Positions 48,410-61,070 of a stretch of DNA of 64,000 nt are shown here, in pieces (the stretch's first letter is position 1; the number at the start of each line of letters is the position of its first letter). A program made the translations under genes and the position numbers. The notes below the pieces were generated by a model. That model searched no databases and had not been told where the DNA came from. It saw nothing but the letters and a program-made list of their open reading frames with translations. Source of the DNA: Chrysomallon squamiferum (lineage: Eukaryota > Animalia > Mollusca); assembly GCA_012295275.1 (NCBI GenBank), contig CM022673.1, positions 30,132,001-30,196,000 of the forward strand, given 5' to 3'.

Positions 48410-48622
48410 ATTTTCTCTCCTTCTTTTTTTTTTTTTACAATGAAATTGCGCAGAAAGAAAATAATTTTGCATCGCAATTAATAACCTTAAATATGCTAAA
48501 ATATATTAATGCATGTGATATACGATCAAATGAGGTATGTTTGACTGACTGGTTTAATAAATTAAATCATTATATTTTTCCACATCAAACGCTGCACTTA
48601 ATTTAAAGATTTTATGATAACA
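46497..48622 (+). repeat. Local direct duplication downstream of the Hog gene
   Basis: Block A ~46497-46597 recurs at ~47472-47592 (attaaatctgtggaactattaaatgacaa...ctagagcaat). Block B ~47003-47185 recurs at ~48443-48622 (aaattgcgca...gcatgtgatatacgatcaaa...aacgctgcacttaattt). Both lie next to (AG)n tracts. Confidence 0.85.
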
Positions 48623-48923
48623 TAGTTTTGTAAATTTGTCATATATTTTTATCAGCTGTTTATATATACACATGAAGTTCCGATATATATTATTTTACAT
48701 TATTATTATTATTTTTTTTAAATCTGAGGCACCTTGTCATGAATATCATGTGCAAAGTTTAGCTGTATTAAGCGGAGTTTAGCTGTATTCTCTTATATGA
48801 ATTTTTCTCAACTTTTAATTTTAAAGACGATCTCTTTTCTGTCTCCTAACTCTAAATAATATTCATAACTTTCATCTGAATAAATTATGTAAACGCTGTT
48901 ATTTACTAAAAATTAATATACAG

Positions 48924-49003
<80 letters not shown>

Positions 49004-51729
49004 TATATTCTCCGGAAGTACTACTTTCAAATAGGTTACAGCAAAACGTAGTATTGCACTTCACTGAAGTGAAAACTAAATACGACAGTAATTGAAAAGC
49101 AACGGGATTTGCACTGCATAAAACCGACTATGGTGCTATAGGACTTCTACTTAACATTTGGTGTTTGGTTCAGTGGTCTAACCAATCGTTATAGCACGAC
49201 GCTAAACGCATCTGTGAAATGTATTATTATTATTTTTATTTATTTAGTTTATTATATATATCGAAAATATGTAATATCTGTCAAATTTTGGATGCTTCAA
49301 TAAATAGAAAATAAACTTACAATTTCTTAAAATAAAATCATCAATTGTTTTTAAACTTTAATATATTTACTGACAACCAAGATTTAATATTTGATGCTTT
49401 GTTGTGAATTTCTGTTGTTCCTTTTCCATTCTGTTACTTATACTGTTAGAAAACGTCTTCACCTTAGTCCGTTCTTGCTCAAATTATGCAAATGATGAAT
49501 TTTTATTTATTAACGTTATGTTCCTGAATTGAAATTTTAATTTGCAACACGCTCTACGATTTCATAACTTTGAAAAACATTTTTGATTAAATTAGCAGAA
49601 TAAGGAGAATCTATTTTACTGTATTTGTTATATAGGAATGAGCAAACTGTTCGATAAAAGAATCGAGTTGCATCTTCGGAATTTTACCTCTTCTGGAAAA
49701 TTGCAATCAATAACACTTTTATTGCAGTCTTTTCTTGTTTCCTGAATTGATTACCTTTCACTACACATCAGATTTTTCCTTCTCCTGGCCCTCTATTCTG
49801 ATTCTGTTGGACAATACTTAGAACATTGGTCAATGGAATATCCATTTTCTTTTCATTTTTTTATTCATGGTCCTTAAACTATGCACATCATATCAGGTAT
49901 GTGAAATTTTCTTCGATTATCAGAAACGTACACCTTCTTAGATCATAATATTATCTGATTATATCTAAATAGAAAGGAAAGCAAGATGCTAACGTCTTGT
50001 AATATGTACGCAATCTGAATTTCACTTTTTCTTTAGATAAAAGAAAATTAATAAATTTGATGAATTGTGTATCTAATGAATTCAGAAAGTTAAATCAAGT
50101 AAAATTAGGTCAGGACAACTGAAATTCATTTCCTTTAAATTATTTAATGTTTTTTATTATTATTGTTATTGTTATTCTTCTTCTTCTTCTTCTTCTTCTT
50201 CTTATTATTATTATTATTATTAGTAGTAGTAGTAGTAGTAGTAGTAGTATTGTTGTTGTTGTTTGTTTGTTTGCTTGCAACCTGATTAATTGATGCTGCT
50301 TCTACTCTTCATACAAAATGTACTAACTTCCTATAATAATTTAAGATACATTTATTTATTTATTTTTTAATATTAATCTGATTTTACCAATGCAGGATGT
50401 ACTAAAAAAAATGTATGTTTAATGTATTCTGATGAATGAATTAACTGAATAAATTAATATTTTTTTCTCTTTTCTTTCTTTCTTTCTTTCTTTCTTCCTT
50501 TTTTCTTTCTTTCTTTTTTTATTTTAATTTTTCTTTTTTCTTTTTTCTTTTTATTTATTTATTCATTTATTTATTTATTTTTTTTGTAAATCTAATATTC
50601 TAATTGTTGAATTATTTCTCTTTTAATCTTTTTTTGTTTTGTTCTTAACAGATGTTACTTGGGAAATTGTCTGGAACCAAGGATGCTAAAAATCGGTTGT
50701 ATAACCGTGAATATCTATGAGCGTGAAGAAAAATAACAACTAAAGAAAAATAATTATAAAATTATTTTTCTTTTCTATGACTCTCATTTTTTTCCTGTTA
50801 TAATATTATTTTGTTTAGTTTCGAAAAATTAATATAAAAAAGTACATATTTTCACGTAAATGAATACAGTTAAACTTCTCTTATCTGAACATCAATGTGT
50901 TAATATGCCGGACTGTAAGAAAATACTTTCAAGGTTCTGTGACTATACTGAGTGTAAAATTGAAAATAATACTTATGGCAGCAATGTTTAAAAGGGAACT
51001 GAAGAGTTACTGAAGAAAACTGATATACCGAAAATTCGAAAGCGTTATAATGTTTATCAGGTTTATATTAATAGAACATCTTTCTCCTGAGAATGTATCT
51101 GTTAAAAGCGATCAAGTTTATTGACGTTTCTGTGACGAGAAACTGAACACCGTTGATAATCGAAAGAAATCCAGAACCTCTGAAAAGGCAGCTAAGACTT
51201 CACAAGACTAATTGTGTTAAGTATGGCTTCCTTTTTGTATTTTAATCAGTTACACGAACAAAATATTTCAAATAACTGAGCTGTAAATGTACACATTTGT
51301 TCAATACTTTTACTTCTACTAATAACAAAACATCAGCACCACCACTAAAAACAATTATGGCGACAAGAGCGAAAGCAGCAGCAGAAGCAGCAATAAAAAC
51401 AACAATGATTATGATGATGATTGTATTCACATGAAAAAGAAAGATGTAAATAGCAATGGAATAAAGAGTTTAATGGAAGTTTCAAATCACATATGAGATA
51501 TACACCAGTATCACTTAAAAAACGACTACCACTACCACACTCAGTAACAGCAACAGCAACATTAATAAAAACAAAAACATACATACAACGCCCACATATA
51601 AATGTTCACATGGATACCAATGTATATAGAGTGTTCATGGTTACTTCAATTATATTGAGATACTAGTCTTAAATAGGAGAACTTTGAAAGAGACATGTTT
51701 TGATATAGCAATGATATATATAAAACTGT

Positions 51730-52684
51730 GGAATGTCAAATCATGGCATACTTGCACCATGGCTGGACTTCGGAAAGTGGAGTATTTATTGTCATAGCGG
51801 GGTACGCCCCAAATCCGCTTACATGATAACCTCTAGAACAAGAATGCTGTTGGAGAAACTTGTACTCACTGGGAATGTGTCATCAAGACTTGCAATGGAA
51901 GATGCACTGCCGTTGGTGATTACGTCAGGAACACCACTGATCACACCCGCTCACCACAAGATTCAGAACGTCTGAAGTTTCTCAGCACTATGCGAAAGCG
52001 GGCCAGAGAAGAAACAACACTGTTGAATGCTCTTTACAATGAAGAGATAGTCAGAAAAGACCCAGATCAAGTCCGAGTATTGCCATCATTCCACAGCATG
52101 AGCAGCGCACTGAACAGACATCGGCGGAAGCAGATCCCTGCACTTCCCCTGACAGGATCCGACGTGGACCTTACTGTAGAATGGACAATGACTGCCGATG
52201 GCCACCCTTTCCTCTTGACTATTGATGGCGATGCAGATAAGATACTGATCTTCTCCACTGATCAAAAGCTTCATTCTTTGCAATCGGCCGACACTATCTA
52301 CATGGACGGCACCTTTTCTTCATGTTCTGAGCTCTGGGATCAAGTTTACATTCTTCATGCCAAGAGCGGGCCAACCACATACGCGCTAGTACAGGCCTTG
52401 CTTCCCCACAGACAAGTAGCCACCTACTGCAGACTGTTCAGTCAACTCAAGACCAAAGTTCAGGGAAGAGTCAACCTAACTCTTAATATGAAGCGTCGTT
52501 CTTTAATCTAGTCTAATTGACCTAATCAGTAAGCGTAACAATTACCCCAAGCATACTATGATGCCATATTCAATACTCTACAAACCTTTACATTTTGTTA
52601 TATAAAAGAATTGTTACTTTTCTCCTGTGACCGTTTTTCCTATACTAAACTGCGACTTTTTTCGGTGACTTTTTCCCACCCACC
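51730..52684 (+). mobile_element. Degenerate FLYWCH-MULE transposon, 3'-truncated transposase
   Basis: In frame upstream of ORF 51990-52511: S*RGTPQIRLHDNL*NK...HWECVIKTCNGRC...DHTR (FLYWCH-like, two stops). The ORF contains KILIFST..TIYMDGTFSSCSELWDQVYILH..ALLP..TYCRLF (MULE N-terminal half). Repeated gtgac..ttttcc motifs at ~52627-52680. Confidence 0.9.
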
Positions 52685-53376
52685 AAATACCAAAACACGG
52701 TGAGAAAATACGTCTAGGAATGTTACGAAAGACATTTTCTTCTTATAACTAAGTCTAATATACGACGATAATTTTATAGTAATTTATTGGGTAAATAGAA
52801 ATATTATATACTCTTGTTAATACTTCTGACAGAAACAGGGCTACTAATCCCACTCTCAAGATGTGCTTTCTTGCAGTCATTAAGAATATGTTACCAGTAT
52901 TCATCAATGTATATCTGCTTTCAGTTAACGAAATGAATACCCGATGTGTCTAAGATACATTTGACGGAAATGACCGCTTACCTTGTACAAAGAAATAAAA
53001 TATAGAATTAAATTAATAAATTACAAATTAACTGTTCCCAATGAAAAAGATATATCAATCTTTTAGACATTTGAACAAAATAGCCCGATTTTAGGAACCT
53101 TTAATTCATTGTACCCAGTAACAGTAACATTACTTGCTGCTGTTCAATTTTCAGCAACAGTGAAAAATAAACTATATTTCAGAATTAATCAAATATCGTC
53201 AAATTACTATCTTGGAAGTTGGTACCGGTGTTTCTTGAAACAAAATGTGTATATATGGAAATGACGAAAAGAACAAGTAAACAAAATTAGTTACTTTTAG
53301 AGAGTCTGTCTCTCTCTGACACTCTCATTTTTTTCTTTTTCTCTCACTCTGTGTGTATATGTGTGTGTGTTTACAA

Positions 53377-53468
<92 letters not shown>

Positions 53469-54066
53469 GATCTCTATTTCTATTTCAAACACTACTTGCA
53501 GAATAAGTTCCTGGACTTACACCATCAGATTTACTCATTTTATTTACTTAAAAAAAAGAAGAAAGACAAATAGAAAAAGACAAAAAAGACGATGAACATG
53601 AACAAATGTTTGTTTTGCACTCATTTTCCTGTAAACCTTTTGAAATATTACGAATTGTTCATGAAGCATTATAGATAGCTTGTCACAAGGATTAGGGATT
53701 AGGCTGAAGGGATCGCTTTAAAGATATCTTTAAAATGGTGCAGTGGAAATTCGAAAAAGTGAATTAGATGCTTATTAATTCTGTAGAATTAAATTAAATT
53801 AAATTCATGAATATATATCGGAAATTAAAAATTTAAATTTTTAATTTAAAGTAAGTTAGGAAGCCTATAATCTTATGAAATACATATTTATTTCGCTTAT
53901 TGGTGGCACTGGCGTAAAATACAGTTATGAGCGTAGGCGTTAGAAATTGATTGATATTTTGATGAATTTTAGTGGATGGTTTTATCTTTATAGATAATGT
54001 AAAAATTAGCTAATCAAAATAATGACTTTATAGTCTGCTAATTTGAACAGATTTTGTTTTCTTCAG

Positions 54067-54225
54067 ATTAGCTAGATCTGATTATATTTTCAGTCCAATT
54101 CTTTCAAACATGGAATACCTTGTGCAGATCTAAACGTTGGTTGGTATTGTATTTCAATTTTCAATAATACTGTAAAACTAAGACTGTTACTAAAATACAT
54201 TCTATCTAAAGAATAATAAACATTT
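54067..54225 (+). pseudogene. Hog-gene paralog remnant 3: collapsed exon 5 start fused to exon 6 end and 3' UTR
   Basis: ttttcttcag|attagctagatctg..attatatttt matches the exon 5 start. agtccaattctttcaaacatggaatacctt..ctaaacgttggtt (SPILSNMEYL) matches the exon 6 end (SPVLSAMEYL). Downstream ttgtattt...taaagaataataaa resembles the 3' UTR at ~46012-46080. Confidence 0.75.
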
Positions 54226-55435
54226 GATAAACTGATACTATTGTTTCCAAGAGGTAAGTGAAGTACCCTGACAAACATATATTGTTGAATGTATTTTAAC
54301 ATTGAATTAGAAATATAGGACCACTCACTCTCTCAATATATCAATATATGTGTGTGTGTGTGTGTGTGCTACTGTGTGTGTGTGTGTGTGTGTCAGCACG
54401 GAACCTAATCGTGACTAAAAAGGAATATATACATTAAACGACTAATTACGAAGAAAATTAGAATGACAGACCAAAACTGGGACGCAATCCACATCGTGAG
54501 CATGAGGACAGATACATAAAAAGAAAAGAAAATCACCAAATTATTCAGATAATTAAGAATGTCTGATATGTGTTGTTAGTTACATTTTGATATGTTTGTG
54601 ATAAGTAACACAGTACATCAAAAAAAGAAAGAACAACAAAACATCCCCAATAACAACAATCAAATAAAAGAAAAAAGGGAGAAATACAGAAAAGACGAAA
54701 TGAAATAGAAAAGCATATCCAGTAAGTATAATGTATGCAGAGAGTCGGCGTTTTCCTACATTTTAGTTTGCATTTTATTATAATTGTCTATAAAAGAAAA
54801 AATTCAGAACATTTTACAAACAAACTTTTGTCAGTTTATTACACGTAAAATTAACTGTTTTCGATGAATACTGTGCGTTCAAGATCAATAATTACAACTT
54901 TCAGAATGGTAGTTTTGTGATATTTTGATAACTTTGAAACATATATATGTAACTACTGTTTATTATTATTATTATTAATTTATTTATGCATTTTCTTCTT
55001 TTTTTCTTTGTTTCTGTAAAACTGTACGACGCCACCGATCAGAAATAAATTAATGTATCAGAACTGAAACAGCGTTCATAGCTCTAAAAGGATAAGCAAA
55101 TCATCAAAAATGGACACGCATTGCTGGAAATCGGGGTAAGACCTTCTACTAGAAATTCCTTCTATGATTTCATTGCACATATTTTGTTAATATTTATCAT
55201 CAAAATCACCTTTGCGTGCATTTGTAATAAAAATGTGTGAAATAGCTTTTCGTTTTGATTAATTTCACTCAAACATCGAATTATTTATTCCTCCATGCCC
55301 TTTCCATAAATCTTAATGATTCACTGTCTATGTTAAAAAACCCTATAAAACATACATTGATGATATTTTAAAATAAATATAGTATGATTCAGTCAACAGA
55401 AGAATTTTGGCTCCATGAGAATGTCATGAGAGATA

Positions 55436-55483
<48 letters not shown>

Positions 55484-56443
55484 TAATAAAAATAATAATA
55501 ATAATCATAATAATAATAAAAATAACAACAACAACAACAATAACAACAATAAAAACATGTATGCACAACTGTTGAGTTTCTATTTTATATTAATCCATTT
55601 TATTTCATTTTAATTTATTTATTTATTTATTTATTTATATTTTTGATGTATGAGTAAATCAAATAAAATAGCTTTAACTAGTTATTTGCCATAATAAAAC
55701 TACGGACTACGGCAACCTCATCGACTTGATCAAAAATTTTAAAAGTTTTATTAAAAACAAGTTGCTTTGGTTCCTCTGTTTTGAAGGAAATGTTTGCCCT
55801 GGTGACACTACAACCTACCTTCCTATAATTCACTGACCATGTTGAAAAAGAAAACAAGAATATATTACATCTACAGAAGAATTCATGACTACGTGAGTCA
55901 GATTCATGACGCTGACATATTAAATTTTAAAATACAAATGTCTGATAGAACAAAAGACATATATATGCAAAGCTGTCGTGTTTTGGGGTTGTGAAAAATG
56001 TCAGAATTTGTGACGGCAGTGACAAATTAGATTGCGTAAGACCAGCTGGCGGTGCTCTTTTTGTTTAAACTATTTATGATTGTGTGGCAAAGAATATTAT
56101 TTTTAATATGTTAATAAACTCATATTTAAGACAATACCTCTGGTAATCTTGCTAAGTAAGTTGTAGTTTTTACAGTTTTAATATGTTATAACTAATTCTA
56201 ATTTATAATTAGTTCCAATTTCAACAATTGTAAACGTCCGTTATATTTTAAGTTATAATTTCGTCTTTTTATAGCTTTCAGGTATAATATGAAGATAATG
56301 GTAAGTGCAGTGGAAAAAAAAATGACCTTTCTCTTAATACCACATTATCATGAATATCTGCACATATTAATATATACACCTTTAACACATAAACATATAC
56401 AGACCTGACTCACTTTTTGTATTTATTCGTTTTATAGACAAAC

Positions 56444-56521
<78 letters not shown>

Positions 56522-59068
56522 AAAATAAATTAATTCTGTTGACTCCGTATTAAGTGGGAGAATGACAATTAGAGTGAAAATATCCAGATCATGAAACAGT
56601 TCAGAAGGGATACATTAGAAAATGTGAAATGCTAATTCTTAGGGGTTCACGTTTCTCTTTTAACAAGATGTTTTCTTGATCTAGTAAAGGATCTTATAAT
56701 AATAAAGATATCTTGTTGAGTACTCTTGCCTCCTGAAACCGGGGCTCAAAGCACTTTACAGTGAGAGAGTATTAAGAAAACATGGGAAAAATTGGATGGA
56801 TAATGAATTACAGTGTAATAATAGTACTTAATAAAAGGTATAAAAATAATGGTCATTTTGCTCAGAAATAAAAACCTTCAGACAGAATTCAGGAAGTTGT
56901 TATTGCGTAAAATCGGTTTTTGACTCCCTTGTGACATGTTTTAAGGAGAGGTTTGACAGAAAACATCTGGTGACATCTCTCTCAGGTCGATTCCTTTACT
57001 GGGATGGTATTACGAAACACTGCTTTTTTGGTTCGATACCCAGCTAGATTTTCAGGGGCAAAGAAAAGTTACTTAGGGTTAGGTTTAGGGTTAGAGTTAA
57101 AACAATGAAAACAATTGTAACACATTTTTGTCTACAAATTTTGAGAAAGTATTTCATAAAATATTAAGAATTTGATTTTGATGTAAGTTAATTAGATCTG
57201 GTTGTAAATGGGAAAAGTTTTAATGTCTTAGTAAATAACTAGAAAGGCATTAAGCCACGAGTTACGCGAACGGAGAAACTCTATTTTTGGAATGACGTAG
57301 AAGAGATTCGTACAGCCCATATATACAGAATCAACTACAATAATGTTTAGTGAATAATTGAAAATTTATTTAAAGATTTTTTTTGTACTTTGTGCTGATG
57401 ATAACACGTGTGATGAGAATCACTGGATGCTAAACATTTTTACAGATTATTGTAGGCCATGCATGTTTAAACACTAATGACACTAAAAGAGATGATTTCC
57501 AATAAAGATAGAAAAGTCCATAATTATTTATCCCATGGAAAGAGTAGTGATACAGTTGATAACTATAACTAACCGAGCATACACATAACAAGAAATGGTT
57601 TATTCAGTACGATATAAGAAGGTTATGTATCAAATCAATGAAAGCAAGTTAGTAGTTATTAATAGCTCAGATGAATGTATATGTCGTTTACCTTACAAAC
57701 TAATGCAAGCAGTTTAACTGTATTGTGAAACAGGTGGTTGAAGAAACGTACTATTAACATAAAGACTGCATGTCAAATTTCTAAATATTTATTAAATGTT
57801 AATATATATATATATATATATCGCTGTATTTATTGGCTACGGTGAACTAGCGTGGTTTCCCTTCTGTATTTTCTTTTTTTTCTTTTGGAGAAGCTAATTC
57901 TTTAAGTTGAGACAAGTTCTCGTCGCAGGTGTCTAAAAAGGGTTTTAATCATTGAATTTTCAAAAATTAATTCAGATTAGAAAGTGATCTGACGGTGCTG
58001 TTTCAAAAGAATGCTAATACATTGTGTAAATTTAGAACACTTGATGTGAAACTGGAAGACGGTATTATATTCTGAGAGAATACAGAAAATATCATGTTTA
58101 TGATCTTGATCAAATTAAAGATGAATATCATCATTTGTGAGAATCGTGAATTATTAAATATGTATAACTAATAAATATACGACACATCGAAAAATAATTT
58201 GTTTAATAACAAAAGTGTATTTATGTTAAGGAAGTTATATCTGTTAATTAGAACCATATATCAAAGATTTGTATTCCACTTATTTCAATTTTAATTTGTT
58301 GATTTATATATTTACTACATTATTCTCCAAACTGTAATCCCACAGTTTATGAGAAGAAATTTCGTTGTCTTTGTTTGAATTGTGTCTTTTGCTTAGAATG
58401 ATTAAAGTGAATTCGAATTATTGAAGAAAATATAAAATAATTACAACAAAGTAAAAAAAAAAAATAATAAAAAGAAATATAACGAATGCCTGTGAACTTG
58501 TTACAAGGTAGATTCTGACCGGAGTTTGAGAGGAATGCTTGAAGATGTGGGCAATGTTTCTCGAAAAACAAGGCGCTCACGTTGAAGTCTATAGAGCCTA
58601 TGAAAACAGAAAAAGAGGGATTTTTACGTTCACGAGCAATTTTGTTCAAATCCGTAAAGCAGTTTTCATTTAATTAAAATTTAAAAGTGTAGCGGGACTT
58701 CAGAATGACCCTGTACTTACGTATTCAGATATATATATCTATTAAAAAAAAAAAAAAAAAATAAATATAATAATAATAATAAAAATAAAAGCGTTTAAAG
58801 TAAAACTAATTGATCAGTTTGGATTTTTTTTAAATAAATAAAGAAATAAAGGAAAGTGAAATAACTACTAATTACACGTAACTAATAAATTGATTTTTTC
58901 AAAAGACGGGAAAGCTACGGATGTTACTGGTGTTACATTTCTTTATTGATATTGTTGTTGCTGTCGGTTTTCTTTTTAATGGCGTTTCTATAAGCTTTTG
59001 CAAGGATACATATAAACAATATCCCCCTTAGGTAAAATTCTGTTACAAAACAGTATTTTACTCTTCAG

Positions 59069-59741
59069 TACAAAATGGAAAGAAGGTATTTTCTGAAGTC
59101 AAAACATTTTTCCGACGCGATCCAAGTTTCAACTCTACATTTCTAACACAGATTACGGAACAAGGCCATCGACTTTCTCTGTCAGAATTACATGTTATAT
59201 TTACTTCAACAAACAAGTCAGCAAACATGGAAGCAAGGTTTGATTTCAATTTCATTTTTTTTTTAGTAATTATATATCTTTAAACATTTGTTTAATTTTG
59301 GGAGTCTTTATACCTAAAATATTGCCATATTCCAGCTTGAACTTCAGAAGAAAATTAATACGAACAGATTCAACACAGCATCTTCTTCATGTTTGAAGAG
59401 ATATAGTCCTAATTCTTATATTAATATTATTATTATTGTTATCGTTATTATTATTATTATTATTAATTTTACTAATCGTCAGGAAATATTATCGTTAAAC
59501 AACCTTACTTTCTCTGAACTTCTATTCTGATACAAATAGTCCATGGTTTGTGCTTGAATGAGTTATGGTGGAAAGACAGAATAAGAATATTTCTCATCAG
59601 TACAATGACTTACGTCAAACTTTGTTTATTTCAGAATAGCTAGATCAGTGAAAGCAGGTGATTATATATTTAGCACCGAAAATTATCCAGATGACCTATG
59701 TCCAGAACGAATTGTACAAATATTTGTTTCAAAGAAAGAAG
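59069..59741 (+). pseudogene. Hog-gene paralog remnant 4: open exons 4 (59069-59237) and 5 (59635-59741), no exon 6 before the telomere
   Basis: VQNGKKVFSEVKTFFRRDPSFNSTFLTQITEQGHRLSLSELHVIFTSTNKSANMEAR and IARSVKAGDYIFSTENYPDDLCPERIVQIFVSKKE. Same lengths (169, 107 nt) and phases as the intact gene; no GxYAPLT exon downstream. Confidence 0.88.
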
Positions 59742-59799
59742 GTAATTTTTGTTTTTTAATAATGCTACAACAACTTGTAGTGTTTCTGGTAGCTGTTGA

Positions 59800-60140
59800 C
59801 ATGACAAGAAAAATGGGTCGCACATACCCAAATGTCGGGCAAAGGTAGCCCGACACGGGTGGAAACTGCCGCACGGCCCACCCAAGGGGAACAACTCGTT
59901 TCCGACAAGTGCAGAAAAAACGGACATATTTTGAAAATTTGTTCGTTTTTTTTTTTTACACATTTTCAAAAGGTGCAGCACCTTTTGTAAATGTTGGAAA
60001 CGTTTTTGACACATTCGCCCCGACCCCTCGCAGCTTTTGCACACGTTGAAATATTTTCCCAGATCCCCGGGAATACTGCCACCCGGGTTTTCAGTTTTTG
60101 AAATCCGAATTTCTTTCCAGTTTAGTTGAAAATGCTAGAG
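59800..60140. other. GC/CpG-rich telomere-adjacent sequence with multiple inverted repeats
   Basis: Abrupt compositional shift; stems at 59833-59855 and 59857-59883; near-perfect palindrome 59960-59994; paired cccggg at ~60066-60087. Confidence 0.7.
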
Positions 60141-60287
60141 GTTGGGGTGAGGGTTAGGGTTAGGGTTGGGGTTAGGGTTAGGGTTAGGGTTAGGGTTAGG
60201 GTTAGGGTTAGGGTTAGGGTTAGGGTTAGGGTTAGGGTTAGGGTTAGGGTTAGGGTTAGGGTTAGGGTTTGGGGGTTAGGGTTAGGG

Positions 60288-60359
<72 letters not shown>

Positions 60360-61029
60360 GGTTAGGGTTAGGGGTTAGGGTTAGGGTTAGGGTTAGGGTT
60401 AGGGTTAGGGTTAGGGTTAGGGTTAGGTTAGGGTTAGGGTTAGGGTTAGGGTTAGGGTTAGGGTTAGGGTTAGGGGTTAGGGTTAGGGTTAGGGTTAGGG
60501 TTAGGGTTAGGGTTAGGGTTAGGGTTAGGGTTAGGGTTAGGGTTAGGGTTAGGGTTAGGGTTAGGGTTAGGGTTAGGGTTAGGGTTAGGGTTAGGGTTAG
60601 GGTTAGGGTTAGGGTTAGGGTTAAAAATTAGGGTTAGGGTTAGGAGTTAGGGTTAGGGTTAGGGTTAGGGTTAGGGTTAGGAGTTAAAATTAGGATTAGG
60701 TTTAGGGTTAGGGTTAGGGTTAGGGTTAGGGTTAGGGTTAGGTTAGGGTTAGGGTTAGGGTTAGGGTTAGGGTTAGGGTTAGGGTTAGGGTTAGTCAGGG
60801 TTAGGGTTAGGGGTTAGGTTAGGGTTAGGGTTAGGAGTTAGTTAGGGTTAGGGTTAGGGTTAGGAGTTAGGGTTAGGGTTAGGGTTAGGTTAGGGTTAGG
60901 GTTAGGGTTAGGGTTTAGGAGTTAGGGTTAGGGTTAGGGTTAGGAGTTAGGGTTAGGGTTAGGGTTAGTTAGGGTTAGGAGTTAGGGTTAGGGTTAGGGT
61001 TAGGGTTAGGGTTAGGGTTAGGGTTAGGG

Positions 61030-61070
<41 letters not shown>

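Noticed and set aside
55787-55898. Possible decayed Hog exon 3 (tgtttgccctggtgac...ttcactgac...aagaattc..gtgagt)
   Set aside because: Only patchy similarity, far more degraded than the neighbouring open exons 4-5; unresolved without an alignment score
57074-57099. Short interstitial TTAGGG-like run (similar at ~2210 and ~53690)
   Set aside because: Only 2-4 degenerate units; too short to claim a former chromosome end
60126-60341. ORF of VRVRVR/GLGL repeats
   Set aside because: Translation of the telomeric repeat
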